A DNA stretch of 64,000 nucleotides from Phycisphaerales bacterium (GTDB lineage Bacteria; Planctomycetota; Phycisphaerae; Phycisphaerales; UBA1924), in the NCBI GenBank assembly GCA_965227775.1, contig OZ245777.1:1184001-1248000 (forward strand). Reading direction: 5' to 3'. Under the pieces are notes generated by a model. It ran no database searches. It saw nothing but the letters and a program-made list of their open reading frames with translations, and was not told the DNA's origin. A program made the translations under genes and the position numbers. Shown in pieces: positions 21,721-31,813 of this stretch (positions are counted from its first letter, which is position 1; every line of letters begins with the position of its first letter).

Positions 21721-23487
21721 ATGAGTTCGCTTGACTCCCATGCCGGTTCGGTCCCGCACGGCGGTGGCCACCATGGGTCGTATCTGACTTCGAAGGGAAG
21801 TCTGTGGGCCGACATCGCCAACTGGGCGACGACCGTCGACCACAAGAAGATCGGCGTCATGTACCTGACGGCGCTGCTCATCCTCTTCTTCTTGGGCGGC
21901 GTGATGGCCTTGGCCGTTCGTCTCGAGCTGCTCGAGCCGACGCGTATCATGGTCAACGCCGCGGGCGAGAGCGTTACGACCGGCCAGCGTCTGGCCTTCC
22001 TCGCCGGCGATAACGCCACGGCGAGCAATATCTACAACCGCGCCATGACCCTTCACGGCGCGATCATGACGTTCATGTTCATCGTGCCGGGCATCCCCGC
22101 CAGCCTGGGCAACTTCTTCCTGCCGCTCATGATCGGTGCGAAGGACGTTGCCTTCCCCCGCCTGAATCTGGGCAGCTGGTACGTGTACGTCTTCGGCTCG
22201 CTCTTCGCCCTGGCGTCGGCACTGGTTGGTGGCATCGACACGGGCTGGACGCTCTACACCCCATACTCAACCATGACCGACGCCGACCACTGGCGATTGG
22301 TCGCGATGATTACGGGCGTGTTCATCATGGGCTTCAGTTCCATCATGACGGGCCTGAATTTCGTGGTGACGGTGCACAAGCTCCGCGCGCCAGGCATGGG
22401 CTGGTTCGACATGCCCCTGTTCGTGTGGGCTATCTATGCGACCGCCATCATCCAGGTGCTCGCGACCCCGGTCATCGGTATCACCACGCTCATGCTCATC
22501 TTCGAGCGACTGTTTAACTTCGGCCTGTTTGACCCGCGCATGGGCGGCGACCCCGTACTCTTCCAGCACTTCTTCTGGTTCTACAGCCACCCCGTGGTGT
22601 ACATCATGATCCTGCCAGCCTTCGGCGTGATCAGCGAGACCATCACGGTCCACGCCCGCAAGCCGATCTTCGGCTATCGCTCGGTCGCGTTCGCGTCGCT
22701 GGGCATCGCCGCGGTGAGCTTCCTCGTGTGGGGCCACCACATGTTTACGAGCCAGGGCGAGCTGACGGCCGCGATCTTCAGTTTCCTGACCTTCTTCGTG
22801 GCCGTGCCGACCGCCATCAAGGTGTTCAACTGGATCGCCACGCTCTACAAGGGCTCGATCGTGTTCAACACGCCGATGCTCTACACGCTCGGCTTCCTGT
22901 TCCTGTTCACCATCGGCGGCCTGACCGGCCTGCCCCTGGCCACGCTGTCGACCGACATGCACCTCCATGATTCGTACTACGTCGTGGCACACTTCCACTA
23001 CGTCATGTTCGGCGGCACCGTCATCGCCTTCCTCGCGGGCATGCACCACTGGTGGCCCAAGATGTTCGGCAAGATGTACGCCGAGACACCGGCCAAGCTC
23101 GGCTTCTGGCTGGTCTTCCTGGGCTTCAACGTGACCTTCTTCATCCAGTTCATCATGGGTGCGCACGGCATGCCGCGCCGGTATGCCAGCTATCCCGACG
23201 AGTTCCAGTGGATGCACATCATCTCCACCGTGGGTTCGTGGATGCTGCTGGCCGGCTTCCTGGTCCACCTGTTCACGTTCATCCATGCCTTGCTGCAGGG
23301 CAAGACGGTTTCGGCTAACCCCTGGGGCGGCATGACGCTCGAGTGGGTTGCCGACTCGCCGCCGGACGAGCACAATTTCGCGCACGAGCCAATCGTCAAG
23401 CACGGTCCATACGCGTACGACCAGGTTGTGCCCCCGAACACCGATCCCGAGGACTATCCGCTGCCGGAGAAGTCCGACCCGCACTGA
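21721..23487 (+). CDS. coxA: Cytochrome c oxidase subunit I, type A2
   Basis: 'TVDHKKIG', 'DVAFPRLN', 'TGWTLY', 'FWFYSHPVVY' (YS motif), 'WGHHMF', 'VPTAIK', 'VAHFHYV', 'GMPRR'. Confidence 0.96.
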   Translation: MSSLDSHAGSVPHGGGHHGSYLTSKGSLWADIANWATTVDHKKIGVMYLTALLILFFLGGVMALAVRLELLEPTRIMVNAAGESVTTGQRLAFLAGDNATASNIYNRAMTLHGAIMTFMFIVPGIPASLGNFFLPLMIGAKDVAFPRLNLGSWYVYVFGSLFALASALVGGIDTGWTLYTPYSTMTDADHWRLVAMITGVFIMGFSSIMTGLNFVVTVHKLRAPGMGWFDMPLFVWAIYATAIIQVLATPVIGITTLMLIFERLFNFGLFDPRMGGDPVLFQHFFWFYSHPVVYIMILPAFGVISETITVHARKPIFGYRSVAFASLGIAAVSFLVWGHHMFTSQGELTAAIFSFLTFFVAVPTAIKVFNWIATLYKGSIVFNTPMLYTLGFLFLFTIGGLTGLPLATLSTDMHLHDSYYVVAHFHYVMFGGTVIAFLAGMHHWWPKMFGKMYAETPAKLGFWLVFLGFNVTFFIQFIMGAHGMPRRYASYPDEFQWMHIISTVGSWMLLAGFLVHLFTFIHALLQGKTVSANPWGGMTLEWVADSPPDEHNFAHEPIVKHGPYAYDQVVPPNTDPEDYPLPEKSDPH

Positions 23488-23574
23488 GTCTTTCCGATCG
23501 CGGCCGGTCCGCCGGCGTGGCGTCGCTTCGAGCCTTGGAACCCGAACGAGCGTGTCAGCCAAAGAGAGCCCCGC

Positions 23575-24267
23575 ATGAGCACCATCAACCCACCCTCAGG
23601 CCGAGACCTGCCCGCGAGGCCGACCCTGCCTCACGACACCGTGGAGAAGGGTCACCACTGGCGGACGAAGGACGACGAGTTCGATGCCGGCAAGCTCGGC
23701 ATGTGGCTCTTCCTGGGCACCGAGGTGCTGCTCTTCGCCGGACTGTTCTGCGGCTACGCGATCATGCGCATGCTCTACCCCGAGGCCTTTGCCAACGGGT
23801 CGCACTACCTCAACTGGGTGTACGGCGGTGCGAACACGCTCATCCTGCTATGGTCGAGCTACACGATGGCCGCGGCCATCCGCCACACGCAACTGGGTGA
23901 TCGCGCGCGGGCACAGATCTGCCTGGTCATTACTTGGTTCTGCGCACTGGCCTTCCTGCTGATCAAGTTCATCTTCGAGTACGGGCCGAAGTGGGCAGAG
24001 GGCAAGCGTCCGGGCGTGCTGTTCGACTATCCGTACGCCCAGAATGCCATGGAGCCCATGTGGTGGTCGCTCTACTACGCAGCGACGGGCATCCACGCGT
24101 CGCACGTGGTCATCGGCATGGGCCTCATCGGCTGGCTGATCTATAAGAACGCCAAGGGCTGGTACGGCCCCAAGAACTACCTGGCGATGGAGAACATCGG
24201 CCTGTACTGGCACATCGTTGATCTCATCTGGATCTTCCTCTTCCCCCTCCTGTACCTGATCCACTAA
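23575..24267 (+). CDS. coxC: Cytochrome c oxidase subunit III
   Basis: 'GMWLFLGTEVLLFAGLF', 'TGIHASHV', 'GLYWHIVDLIWIFLFPLLY'. Confidence 0.92.
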   Translation: MSTINPPSGRDLPARPTLPHDTVEKGHHWRTKDDEFDAGKLGMWLFLGTEVLLFAGLFCGYAIMRMLYPEAFANGSHYLNWVYGGANTLILLWSSYTMAAAIRHTQLGDRARAQICLVITWFCALAFLLIKFIFEYGPKWAEGKRPGVLFDYPYAQNAMEPMWWSLYYAATGIHASHVVIGMGLIGWLIYKNAKGWYGPKNYLAMENIGLYWHIVDLIWIFLFPLLYLIH

Positions 24268-24311
24268 GCCGCGGGAATTCGCACGCCACTCGCCTTCGTT
24301 CGGAGCCAGAC

Positions 24312-25085
24312 ATGAGCAGCGACAGCCAGCACGAGAATCCGCGGCCCGACCCGTCGACCATGACCGACGCGGAGTACGCCGACTACATGGCCGATCCGCA
24401 CGCGTTCCACCCCGAGCATCACGGGCCGGGTGAGCACGGTCACGACGGCGGAGACCATCACGTTACCAGCAAGTTCTTGCTGCGTGCCGTGCTGGGCATC
24501 CTGGTGTTCTTCACCATCCTCACCGTCGCCGCGTCTCGTGCTGAGATTTGGGTGGCCGAGGTGTTCGAACTGGAGATCCCCACGCTCGTCAACGTGTTTA
24601 TCGCGATGAGCATCGCCACGATCAAGGCGATCTTCGTTGTCGCGATCTTCATGCACCTCAAGTGGGACACCCGCCTGAACCTGCTTGTGTTCCTGTTCAC
24701 GCTCATGGGCGTGGGCCTGTTCATCGGCCTGACGGCGCTCGATCTGGGCAACCGCACCGAGATTTACGACTGGAAGGCGCAGCAGATTCAGCCCGGCGGC
24801 ATCGGCAATCTCACACGAGGCGAAGACGGCACCATCGGCGTCGCGATCTACCAGTTCGCCAAGGACAAGAAGATCCAGGAGATCGGCGAAGCAGCATTCG
24901 AGAAGAAGGCCGCCGAGAAGCACGGGCACCACGGCCATCATGAACCGATGCGTTCGGCCGACCGTACACGGGCCATGCATGGCCTGACGGCCGGGCTCTT
25001 CAGCCTCGAGGCTGCCGATGACCACGGCCATGACTCGCACGACAAGGAAGCCGGGCACGGTGATGACCACGGCGACGACCACTGA
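24312..25085 (+). CDS. coxD: Cytochrome c oxidase subunit IV family protein with His-rich extensions
   Basis: 'IATIKAIFVVAIFMHLKWD' signature; three TM helices. Confidence 0.8.
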   Translation: MSSDSQHENPRPDPSTMTDAEYADYMADPHAFHPEHHGPGEHGHDGGDHHVTSKFLLRAVLGILVFFTILTVAASRAEIWVAEVFELEIPTLVNVFIAMSIATIKAIFVVAIFMHLKWDTRLNLLVFLFTLMGVGLFIGLTALDLGNRTEIYDWKAQQIQPGGIGNLTRGEDGTIGVAIYQFAKDKKIQEIGEAAFEKKAAEKHGHHGHHEPMRSADRTRAMHGLTAGLFSLEAADDHGHDSHDKEAGHGDDHGDDH

Positions 25086-25106
25086 CCCACGCATCGAACG
25101 GAGACC

Positions 25107-25994
25107 ATGACGACCACTGGGATCGAGTCCGAACGCAAGCCCTTCGCATGGCATCGCGGCAGAACCATCTGGCTCCTGACCGCCATCGTCAGCTTCGTGG
25201 CCGTTACTTTTCTTGCCTACTTCATGGCCCACCGCCTCGATCGCTACAACAGCGAATCGGGCCGCGAGCTCTACGTCTTCCAGCCTATCACCGCGCGTGA
25301 GTTCCTGTGGAACGACACATCTGTCAGCTTCACCGACGAGGTCGATGCCGATGGCGCTGACGTCGTGGTGCTGCAGTATGGCGACGAGACCGTTCGCCTG
25401 CGTTCCGGCCTCGAGTCGCTGCCGACCGAAGTGCCGGGCCTGCAACGCCACGATTCGTGGCTCAAGGTCCTCCGCTTCGCACCGCGGAGCGGCAAGTCGA
25501 TCGAAGATCTGCTCGCCGAGATCGATGCGGGCACGGCCGATGAGCGACTGGCTGTCGTCGTCAGACTGCAGCGGCCGGGCGTCGATCAGGACAGTTTCGG
25601 CCAGGTCATGCGCGGCGACTGGCGATTCCAGTTCGTGGAGTTGCTTCCGGAGGGGGGGTTCAACGAAGAGGTTCTGCGTTTCCCCGAGAGCGACCGGGCA
25701 TTCAACCGCCGGGTGAGTGCCGCACGCCGTGCTGGCGAGCCCGCCCCGGAACGCCGAAGCGACGAACTCACCTTTGGCACATGGCAGTTCGATGCTTCGT
25801 TAATGGTGATGCCCAAGAGCGGTCCCCCGGCCCCGCAGTTTGGCCGCGGCGCAATGGGTGCTCTCGGATGGACACTCCCGGTCGCCACGCTTCTCTTCTT
25901 CATCGCGACGATCTCGCTCGCGATGACGTTCGCGCCCGAGCGGGCCGAGCCGGCCAACGAGCAAGCGCGGGACGACGACGCTGCCGAGGCTTAA
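25107..25994 (+). CDS. Hypothetical membrane protein (N- and C-terminal TM helices), last gene of the oxidase unit
   Basis: GGAG RBS; two TM segments flanking a soluble domain; 22 nt after coxD. Confidence 0.7.
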   Translation: MTTTGIESERKPFAWHRGRTIWLLTAIVSFVAVTFLAYFMAHRLDRYNSESGRELYVFQPITAREFLWNDTSVSFTDEVDADGADVVVLQYGDETVRLRSGLESLPTEVPGLQRHDSWLKVLRFAPRSGKSIEDLLAEIDAGTADERLAVVVRLQRPGVDQDSFGQVMRGDWRFQFVELLPEGGFNEEVLRFPESDRAFNRRVSAARRAGEPAPERRSDELTFGTWQFDASLMVMPKSGPPAPQFGRGAMGALGWTLPVATLLFFIATISLAMTFAPERAEPANEQARDDDAAEA

Positions 25995-27061
25995 GTCGCT
26001 GACACCGGCGCACCGCCTGCCATGTTGTCGATCACCCACGGCCACGCAAGGATGATGGCGACCAGTAGCGCGAGAAGAAGCGCCCAGAACATCATCGCGT
26101 ACGTGCTGCCCGTGCGAGCCCGCAGTGTGTTGTAGACCGTGTACGGCCCAACGCCTTGCAGGCGGAACATTGCCATCGCGCTGAGATTGATGCAGATCAC
26201 GTTGGTGGCCGTCAGCATCAGCGCCCCCATCGCCTGCGCGAACGTTGCGTCACGGCTGACAAGGAGTAATCCAAAACTCACCAGCGGTGGTAGCAACGCA
26301 ACGGCCACCATGACGCCCACCAGGGCCGCCGGCACGCCCGTCGTCGCGGCCAGGGTGCCTGCGGCGCCGGCCCCGAGTGCGATGGCAATATCACTGGGCC
26401 TGGGCGTGGTCCGCGCCAGGATCTCGGGTGTCTGCGGATCGACCTGAGCGAACAGTCCGAAGACGATGGAGAGCACCGCCGCCAGCAACACGCCGATGAC
26501 GTTGGTCGTCAGGGCCCTTCGCGCGAGCTTGATGTCACCAATGGTCAACGCAAGCGAGAGCGCGAGGTTTGGGCCCAACAATGGCGCGATTACCATCGCC
26601 CCGATGATTACGGCTGGGCTGCTCTGGACCAATCCAGCGGCCGCGACGATGGTCGACAGAACGACCATCGCATAGTAAACACGTGTGTTCCTACCACCCG
26701 CGGAGACCTCGGCGATCAGCTCGTCGCTCGCGACTCGCCCGCCAAAGAACGCCCTTCTCCTGGGCCCGTCGTCCTCATCTTCCGGTGCCTTTGGCGCTGG
26801 TGGCGCCGCTTCCTCGATCTGTGGCCGCGTTGCCTCGATCGCTTCGAGTATCAACCGAAAACCATCGACGGCCGCATACTGAGCGTCGAGCATCCGGACG
26901 ATGTCGTCGCAGTCCTCCTTGGCGAGCACGACGCTCACACGCACGCGGCCATCGTTAATCGGTTCGATCCAAAGCGTGTTGGGCTCGCGGCGACCGAGCA
27001 ATTCCACGACCTCGACGTCGTGGCGCTTGGGGAGCACGATCTGGAGGAGTCGCAGCGCCAT
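25991..27061 (-). CDS. TIGR00341/DUF389 family membrane protein
   Basis: 'AVIIGAMVIAPLLGP', 'EILART', 'LVGVMVAVALLPP', 'NVICINL'. Confidence 0.85.
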   Translation of the reverse strand: MALRLLQIVLPKRHDVEVVELLGRREPNTLWIEPINDGRVRVSVVLAKEDCDDIVRMLDAQYAAVDGFRLILEAIEATRPQIEEAAPPAPKAPEDEDDGPRRRAFFGGRVASDELIAEVSAGGRNTRVYYAMVVLSTIVAAAGLVQSSPAVIIGAMVIAPLLGPNLALSLALTIGDIKLARRALTTNVIGVLLAAVLSIVFGLFAQVDPQTPEILARTTPRPSDIAIALGAGAAGTLAATTGVPAALVGVMVAVALLPPLVSFGLLLVSRDATFAQAMGALMLTATNVICINLSAMAMFRLQGVGPYTVYNTLRARTGSTYAMMFWALLLALLVAIILAWPWVIDNMAGGAPVSAT

Positions 27062-27087
27062 GGCGGGCCAATGCTACGCTGCGTCGA

Positions 27088-28068
27088 TCAGCGCACCTGG
27101 GTGCTGCCTAGGCCGAGCTGCTCGCGCTTGGCCTGCCACTCGGCGTTCTCGCGCTTGTTGTCGCTGGCCAGCTCGCCCGCCCCACCCTTGGCGAGGTCGG
27201 CAATCGCATCGATCTCAAGCCGCGTCAGCCGCAGGCTCTCGAGGTGGTAGTCGCGCCAGGCCTCCATGGTCACCGGAGCGATCGGCGCGATCAGATCGTG
27301 CATCGCTTGTGCATAATCGCGAATCTCCCGCTGCGCGTGCGGATCGAGCCGGAGCTTGAGGAACCGCAGGATGTTGTGCAAGTCGCACTTCCAGTACCAC
27401 TGCGTGAACTGGCTCGTTGGGAGTCCTACGCGTGCAAGCTCGCGGCTTACGCCCTTCTCGATGAGGTCTTCGTACTTCTTGTACAATCCTTCGACGTGGT
27501 CGAGGTACTCGACGAACTGCTCGGCCGTGTGCAACTCCTCCGCATCGCGCGCGTCGAACACGTCCTCGCCGCCCTGGCGATTGCTCGTGCTCTGCTTGCG
27601 CACGTGCTCGCGGTCGACTCGATAGAACCGATCGGGCATCACAGAATACCTGCCCGAGTACTCATTCACGTTTGCCGTGCGGTGGCGGATCCACTGCCGG
27701 GCCACGAAGATCGGCATCGACACATGGAACTTGAACTCGACCATCTCAAAGGGCGTCGTGTGCTCGTGCCGAAGCAGGTAGCGGATGAGCCCGCGGTCTT
27801 CGTTCACCTTCTTCGTGCCCGCCCCATAGCTCACGCGCGCCGCCTGCACCACCGCCTGGTCGGCCGTCTGCCCCTCGGGCACCAGCCGCGGCATCGAGTC
27901 GACCAGCGCCACGAATCCGTGCTCGTGCAGCGGAATCGTCCATCGGCTGGCCCCGCCCATCACGTCGACCATCTGGCCCTCGGGCTCGGCCCGCTCTGCC
28001 CCGGCCGGCGGGGCGAAGAGGGGCCCGGGCTTGTTCTCGACGCTGATGGCAGAGTGGGGGTGGCTCAT
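27088..28068 (-). CDS. thyX: FAD-dependent thymidylate synthase
   Basis: 'AARVSY', 'HTTPFEMV', 'RQWIRHRTANVNEYSGRY' (RHRx7S), 'RELAR', 'LRLDPHAQREIRDYA'. Confidence 0.95.
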   Translation of the reverse strand: MSHPHSAISVENKPGPLFAPPAGAERAEPEGQMVDVMGGASRWTIPLHEHGFVALVDSMPRLVPEGQTADQAVVQAARVSYGAGTKKVNEDRGLIRYLLRHEHTTPFEMVEFKFHVSMPIFVARQWIRHRTANVNEYSGRYSVMPDRFYRVDREHVRKQSTSNRQGGEDVFDARDAEELHTAEQFVEYLDHVEGLYKKYEDLIEKGVSRELARVGLPTSQFTQWYWKCDLHNILRFLKLRLDPHAQREIRDYAQAMHDLIAPIAPVTMEAWRDYHLESLRLTRLEIDAIADLAKGGAGELASDNKRENAEWQAKREQLGLGSTQVR

Positions 28069-28132
28069 GGGGCAATATATCGCGGCACTATCGGGATGGC
28101 CTGTCGTTTATCACTGTGACGGCTCATCCGGA

Positions 28133-28810
28133 CTAAGGTACTTCGCCTGACGCAAGAGGCGTCGCCGTGAGAGTCTCCGGCGGGTTCGGGTCGCTCTCCA
28201 CCGTTATCTCAACCTCCCAGGCTTGGTCGAGCGAGGCCTCGTCGGGGTTGTCCTGGCACAGCATAACGCGCAGTGGCTTGCCGAACGTATCCGTGAACCG
28301 CAGGCCTCCAGAGTCCTCACCAGCACCGATCTCTTTGGTGGCTAGGACGTGTTCGCCATTGTCTACGAACACCCGAAGCCTTGGAACGGCCAGCCACTTG
28401 CCCCGCCTGCCGGGTAGCTTCATGCATTGAATGCGAACGTCTCGCCAGCCTTCACACGGCCCCCAGCCCTCTACGTTCCATGTGTGATAGATGTCACAGC
28501 ACCGGACGGTCCAACTGATGCGGGTCCGCGTGGCGTACTTGTGCTGATTCCGTTGGGCCTGCCGCAGTTGAATTGTGGCGAAAGAAAGCACGAACGCCGC
28601 TACCACTAGTTCCGCCGTTACAAGGAAGATCATGCCGCCAGGGGGAGAGAACCGCCAGAACGCGGCCAGAATCACTGCGTTTAGAATGGCAAAGACAATG
28701 AGAATCGATAAGATCCGCCGAGCGGACTCGACTTTGTTCTGCGAGACCTCCTCGACCTTCGTGCGCTCGACTTCGATCGCTTCGGGAGTCGGGATGCTCG
28801 TCTCAGCCAT
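28133..28810 (-). CDS. Hypothetical 2-TM protein, paralog B
   Basis: Two TM helices then a Cys/Trp-containing domain; clear similarity to the adjacent ORF; 8-nt start/stop overlap with it. Confidence 0.75.
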   Translation of the reverse strand: MAETSIPTPEAIEVERTKVEEVSQNKVESARRILSILIVFAILNAVILAAFWRFSPPGGMIFLVTAELVVAAFVLSFATIQLRQAQRNQHKYATRTRISWTVRCCDIYHTWNVEGWGPCEGWRDVRIQCMKLPGRRGKWLAVPRLRVFVDNGEHVLATKEIGAGEDSGGLRFTDTFGKPLRVMLCQDNPDEASLDQAWEVEITVESDPNPPETLTATPLASGEVP

Positions 28811-29483
28811 CACCAGCGTCCGGCTTGCCAGTATCCACCGGACTCGCCACCAGCGTCTCCGGCGGGTTGGGATCGCCTCTCACGGAGATCTTCACTTCCC
28901 ACGGGAGCTCGTCCGAAGCCGCATCGGGCTTCGCCTGAGCGATCATGATGCGGAGTGGTCGGTTGTCTTTGTCCGTGAAGGAAACTGATATATTGTTGTC
29001 TGAATCCTGGAGCTCTCGGCTGAGAAGCGAACGCCGCTCGTTGTCCACCATGACTTTCAGCGACGGGATCGCCAGCATCTTGCCCTTCCGCTTGGGCAGA
29101 CGCACGCACTCGATCGCAACGTCGCGCCATCCCTCGCACGACTCGAGGCCCTCGACGTCCCACGCGTGCTCGATGTCACGGCACTTCAGGTTCCAGGCTG
29201 CCCGCACCCGCGATGCGTAGTTCGGAAGATTCTTGTGTGCACGATACCAGAAGAAGCCGGCAACGCCCATGCAGACCAGAGTCATGGTGATCTGGAATGC
29301 CAGAAAGAGGAAGAACACATTCCGTGGCACCGTGAAGTGCGTCACGATGGCAGCAATTGGCAAGAGGGTCGCAAAGCCAACCACGAAAAGAAACAGTGTT
29401 CGCGCTGAGTCGGCCTTGGTCTTGGCCTGCTCTATGAACTCCGTACGCGGCAGCGTGATCGTGTGCTGTGCGGTGCCTGACAT
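28803..29483 (-). CDS. Hypothetical 2-TM protein, paralog A
   Basis: Shares 'CEGWRDV', 'VDN', 'FTD', 'WEV', 'DPNPPETL' with the downstream ORF; start placed at ATG 29483, after the upstream terminator. Confidence 0.75.
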   Translation of the reverse strand: MSGTAQHTITLPRTEFIEQAKTKADSARTLFLFVVGFATLLPIAAIVTHFTVPRNVFFLFLAFQITMTLVCMGVAGFFWYRAHKNLPNYASRVRAAWNLKCRDIEHAWDVEGLESCEGWRDVAIECVRLPKRKGKMLAIPSLKVMVDNERRSLLSRELQDSDNNISVSFTDKDNRPLRIMIAQAKPDAASDELPWEVKISVRGDPNPPETLVASPVDTGKPDAGDG

Positions 29484-29519
29484 GCCCGAAGATAGGCCGC
29501 GGTGCGCGACTCGCGCACG

Positions 29520-29544
29520 AAAAAACCCGCCCCACCGGCGGGTT
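29520..29544 (-). terminator. Rho-independent terminator of the TlpA gene
   Basis: Minus strand AACCCGCC-ggtgg-GGCGGGTT followed by a T run. Confidence 0.75.
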
Positions 29545-29577
29545 GCTTCTCGGTCTTGGTCAGAACTTCGGTTGGCC

Positions 29578-30744
29578 TTAGCCTTCCTGCTCCTCACCTT
29601 CGAGCTCGATCGGCTCGATGCCAAGCAACTCGGGGATCATGTCATCGAGCTGGCCGCGAGCGTTGGGGGTCACCAGGCGACCCTGCTGATCGACCAGGAA
29701 GATCGCCGGAATCGAGCGCACCTTCCAGCCGCTGGAGAACTCGCTGTTCCAGCCGTTGCCCTGGTAGTACTGCGGCCAAGTCACATCGTTGGCCGCAACC
29801 CAGTTGCGCAGCTTGAGCAGGCCGTCCTGGCTCGGATCTTCCTCGTTGCGAGGCGCGTCGAGGCTGACGCCGATAAACTCGACGCCCTTGTCCTTGTAAG
29901 CCGCGTACAGCTTCTTCATGTGCGGCATCTCGGCGATGCACGGGCCGCACCACGTTGCCCAGAAGTCGACCACGACGACCTTGCCGCGCAGCTTGCTCAT
30001 GTCGATGGGCTCGCCGCTGGTGGCTTCCTCGAAGCTCAGCTCGAAGGGCTTGCCGATCTGGTCGAGCTGGTAGACCTTTGCCGCGGCCTGCTTGCCCTCG
30101 CGGGTATCGGCGTAGTCGGCCGCGAGCAAGCGGTAGGTCTTCTCGACCTTGGCCGAATCGGACTCGTAGTACGTCGTCATCATGATGAGCGACGCGTTTC
30201 GAGGATCGTCGGGCGCGGCGGCGGCAAACAGCTTGGCCGCCTCGCCAACCTTCTGAGGGTCAAACTGCGTCGTGCGACCCACCGCGTTGGCGTGCGCGAA
30301 CAGGGCCTCGGCCTTCATCGCCTTGTCGTCGGTCTTGCCGGCCAGTGCTTTCGTCTCGGCCAGCACCTGATCGGCCTCGCCCATGCCCATCATGGCGTTC
30401 CAGCGGACGGGCATCAGCTCGATGAGCTGGTCGTGCGCGGGATGGCTGTGGAACAACTCGCCGATGAGCTCGGCTTGCTTCCGCATCGCCTCGGTCCGCG
30501 CGGACATGAACTCGTCCCGGTATCCCTCCTCGGTCCGGCGGCTGGAGTCCCACCGCGGCATCTCCACCGCTTCGTAGTCAGCGATGATCTTCTCGGCCGC
30601 ACGGTGGGCGCCCACCATCTGGCTCGGGGCATTGCCGGCTTCCTGGTTCCCGTCTTGGGCAAAGGCCGGGGTGCTCAGGCTCGCGGCGATGATGGCCGCG
30701 CCAGCGAGGCGGATGAGGGTCGCACGTCGATCACGCATGGTCAT
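29578..30744 (-). CDS. TlpA/ResA-like exported thiol-disulfide oxidoreductase
   Basis: Signal peptide; helical N-domain; 'GKVVVVDFWATWCGPC', 'IGVSLD', 'SIPAIFLVD'. Confidence 0.9.
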   Translation of the reverse strand: MTMRDRRATLIRLAGAAIIAASLSTPAFAQDGNQEAGNAPSQMVGAHRAAEKIIADYEAVEMPRWDSSRRTEEGYRDEFMSARTEAMRKQAELIGELFHSHPAHDQLIELMPVRWNAMMGMGEADQVLAETKALAGKTDDKAMKAEALFAHANAVGRTTQFDPQKVGEAAKLFAAAAPDDPRNASLIMMTTYYESDSAKVEKTYRLLAADYADTREGKQAAAKVYQLDQIGKPFELSFEEATSGEPIDMSKLRGKVVVVDFWATWCGPCIAEMPHMKKLYAAYKDKGVEFIGVSLDAPRNEEDPSQDGLLKLRNWVAANDVTWPQYYQGNGWNSEFSSGWKVRSIPAIFLVDQQGRLVTPNARGQLDDMIPELLGIEPIELEGEEQEG

Positions 30745-30885
30745 GGTCTGCTCCTGCTGCTCGGCTCGTGTGGCCGGCCATTGCCGCCGCGGCTCGCGCG
30801 GCGTGGGTCTCTGCGCAGTATAGAGGAATGCGCGTCGCCCGCGCATTGGGGGATATGCGGACGTTTGGCCCGCGTTACCGCCGAT

Positions 30886-31641
30886 CTAGTGGGCCCTGCC
30901 CTGGGCTGCGACCGCCGCCTGGGCCGCCTCGACCTCGTCTTGATCGCCTAAGTATCTGTTGGATATGGGCTTAAGGTCGGCGTCCAGCGTGTACACCAAC
31001 GGAACGCCCGTCGGGATCTCCACGCCCATGATCTCGCTGTCGGATATCTGGTCCAGGTGCTTCACGAGCGCCCGAATGCTGTTGCCGTGGGCTGAGATCA
31101 ATAGCCGCTCGCCGGCCTTCACCCTTGGGGCGATCTCTCCCTCCCAGCAAGGCAGCACCCGCTCGACCGTGTCCTTCAGGCACTCGCCCGCCGGCAAGTC
31201 GGCCGCGGCGAGCCCGGCATATCTCGGATCGCCCCCCGGCAGCCGCTCGTCGCCGGCCTCGAGCGGCGGTGGGGGAACGTCGTAGCTGCGCCGCCAGATC
31301 TTGACCTGGTCCTCGCCGTGTTTCTTGGCGGTCTCGGCTTTGTTGAGGCCCTGGAGTGCCCCGTAGTGCCGCTCGTTCAACCGCCAGTGCCGCTCGACCG
31401 GCAGCCACATGCGATCGAGACCGTCCAGCACGATCCAAAGTGTTCGGATCGCCCGCTTGAGCACGCTGGTGTAGCAACGGTCGAAGTCCAGCCCCTCGGC
31501 TCGGATCAGGTCCGCCGCCTTCGCCGCCTCACCGCGGCCCTTCTCGCTCAGGTCGACGTCGGTCCACCCCGTGAACCGATTCTCGGCGTTCCAGACGCTC
31601 TGGCCGTGGCGGATCAGCACCAAGGTATGGGTCGTGCTCAT
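30886..31641 (-). CDS. gpmA: 2,3-bisphosphoglycerate-dependent phosphoglycerate mutase
   Basis: '[10 protein letters not shown]', 'FTGWTDVDL', '[14 protein letters not shown]', 'AHGNSIRAL'. Confidence 0.97.
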   Translation of the reverse strand: MSTTHTLVLIRHGQSVWNAENRFTGWTDVDLSEKGRGEAAKAADLIRAEGLDFDRCYTSVLKRAIRTLWIVLDGLDRMWLPVERHWRLNERHYGALQGLNKAETAKKHGEDQVKIWRRSYDVPPPPLEAGDERLPGGDPRYAGLAAADLPAGECLKDTVERVLPCWEGEIAPRVKAGERLLISAHGNSIRALVKHLDQISDSEIMGVEIPTGVPLVYTLDADLKPISNRYLGDQDEVEAAQAAVAAQGRAH

Positions 31642-31739
31642 GGCGTCAGGTTAGCAATCCAACCGAGGCGCATCCCCTCCGACCAATCTCTCCTACGTCG
31701 CGCCCGGAGGGCTCCACCCGAGGAATCGAGTCTTCCCAA

Positions 31740-31813
31740 CACCCCCGCCTGGATTCGAACCAGGGACCTGCGGATTAGAAGTCCGCTGCTCTATCCAGCT
31801 GAGCTACAGGGGC
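31740..31813 (-). tRNA. tRNA-Arg (anticodon TCT), CCA not encoded
   Basis: GCCCCTG acceptor stem; TAGCTCAGCTGGATAGAGC D-arm; GCGGA-CTTCTAA-TCCGC anticodon arm; GGTTCGAATCC T-arm. Confidence 0.95.
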
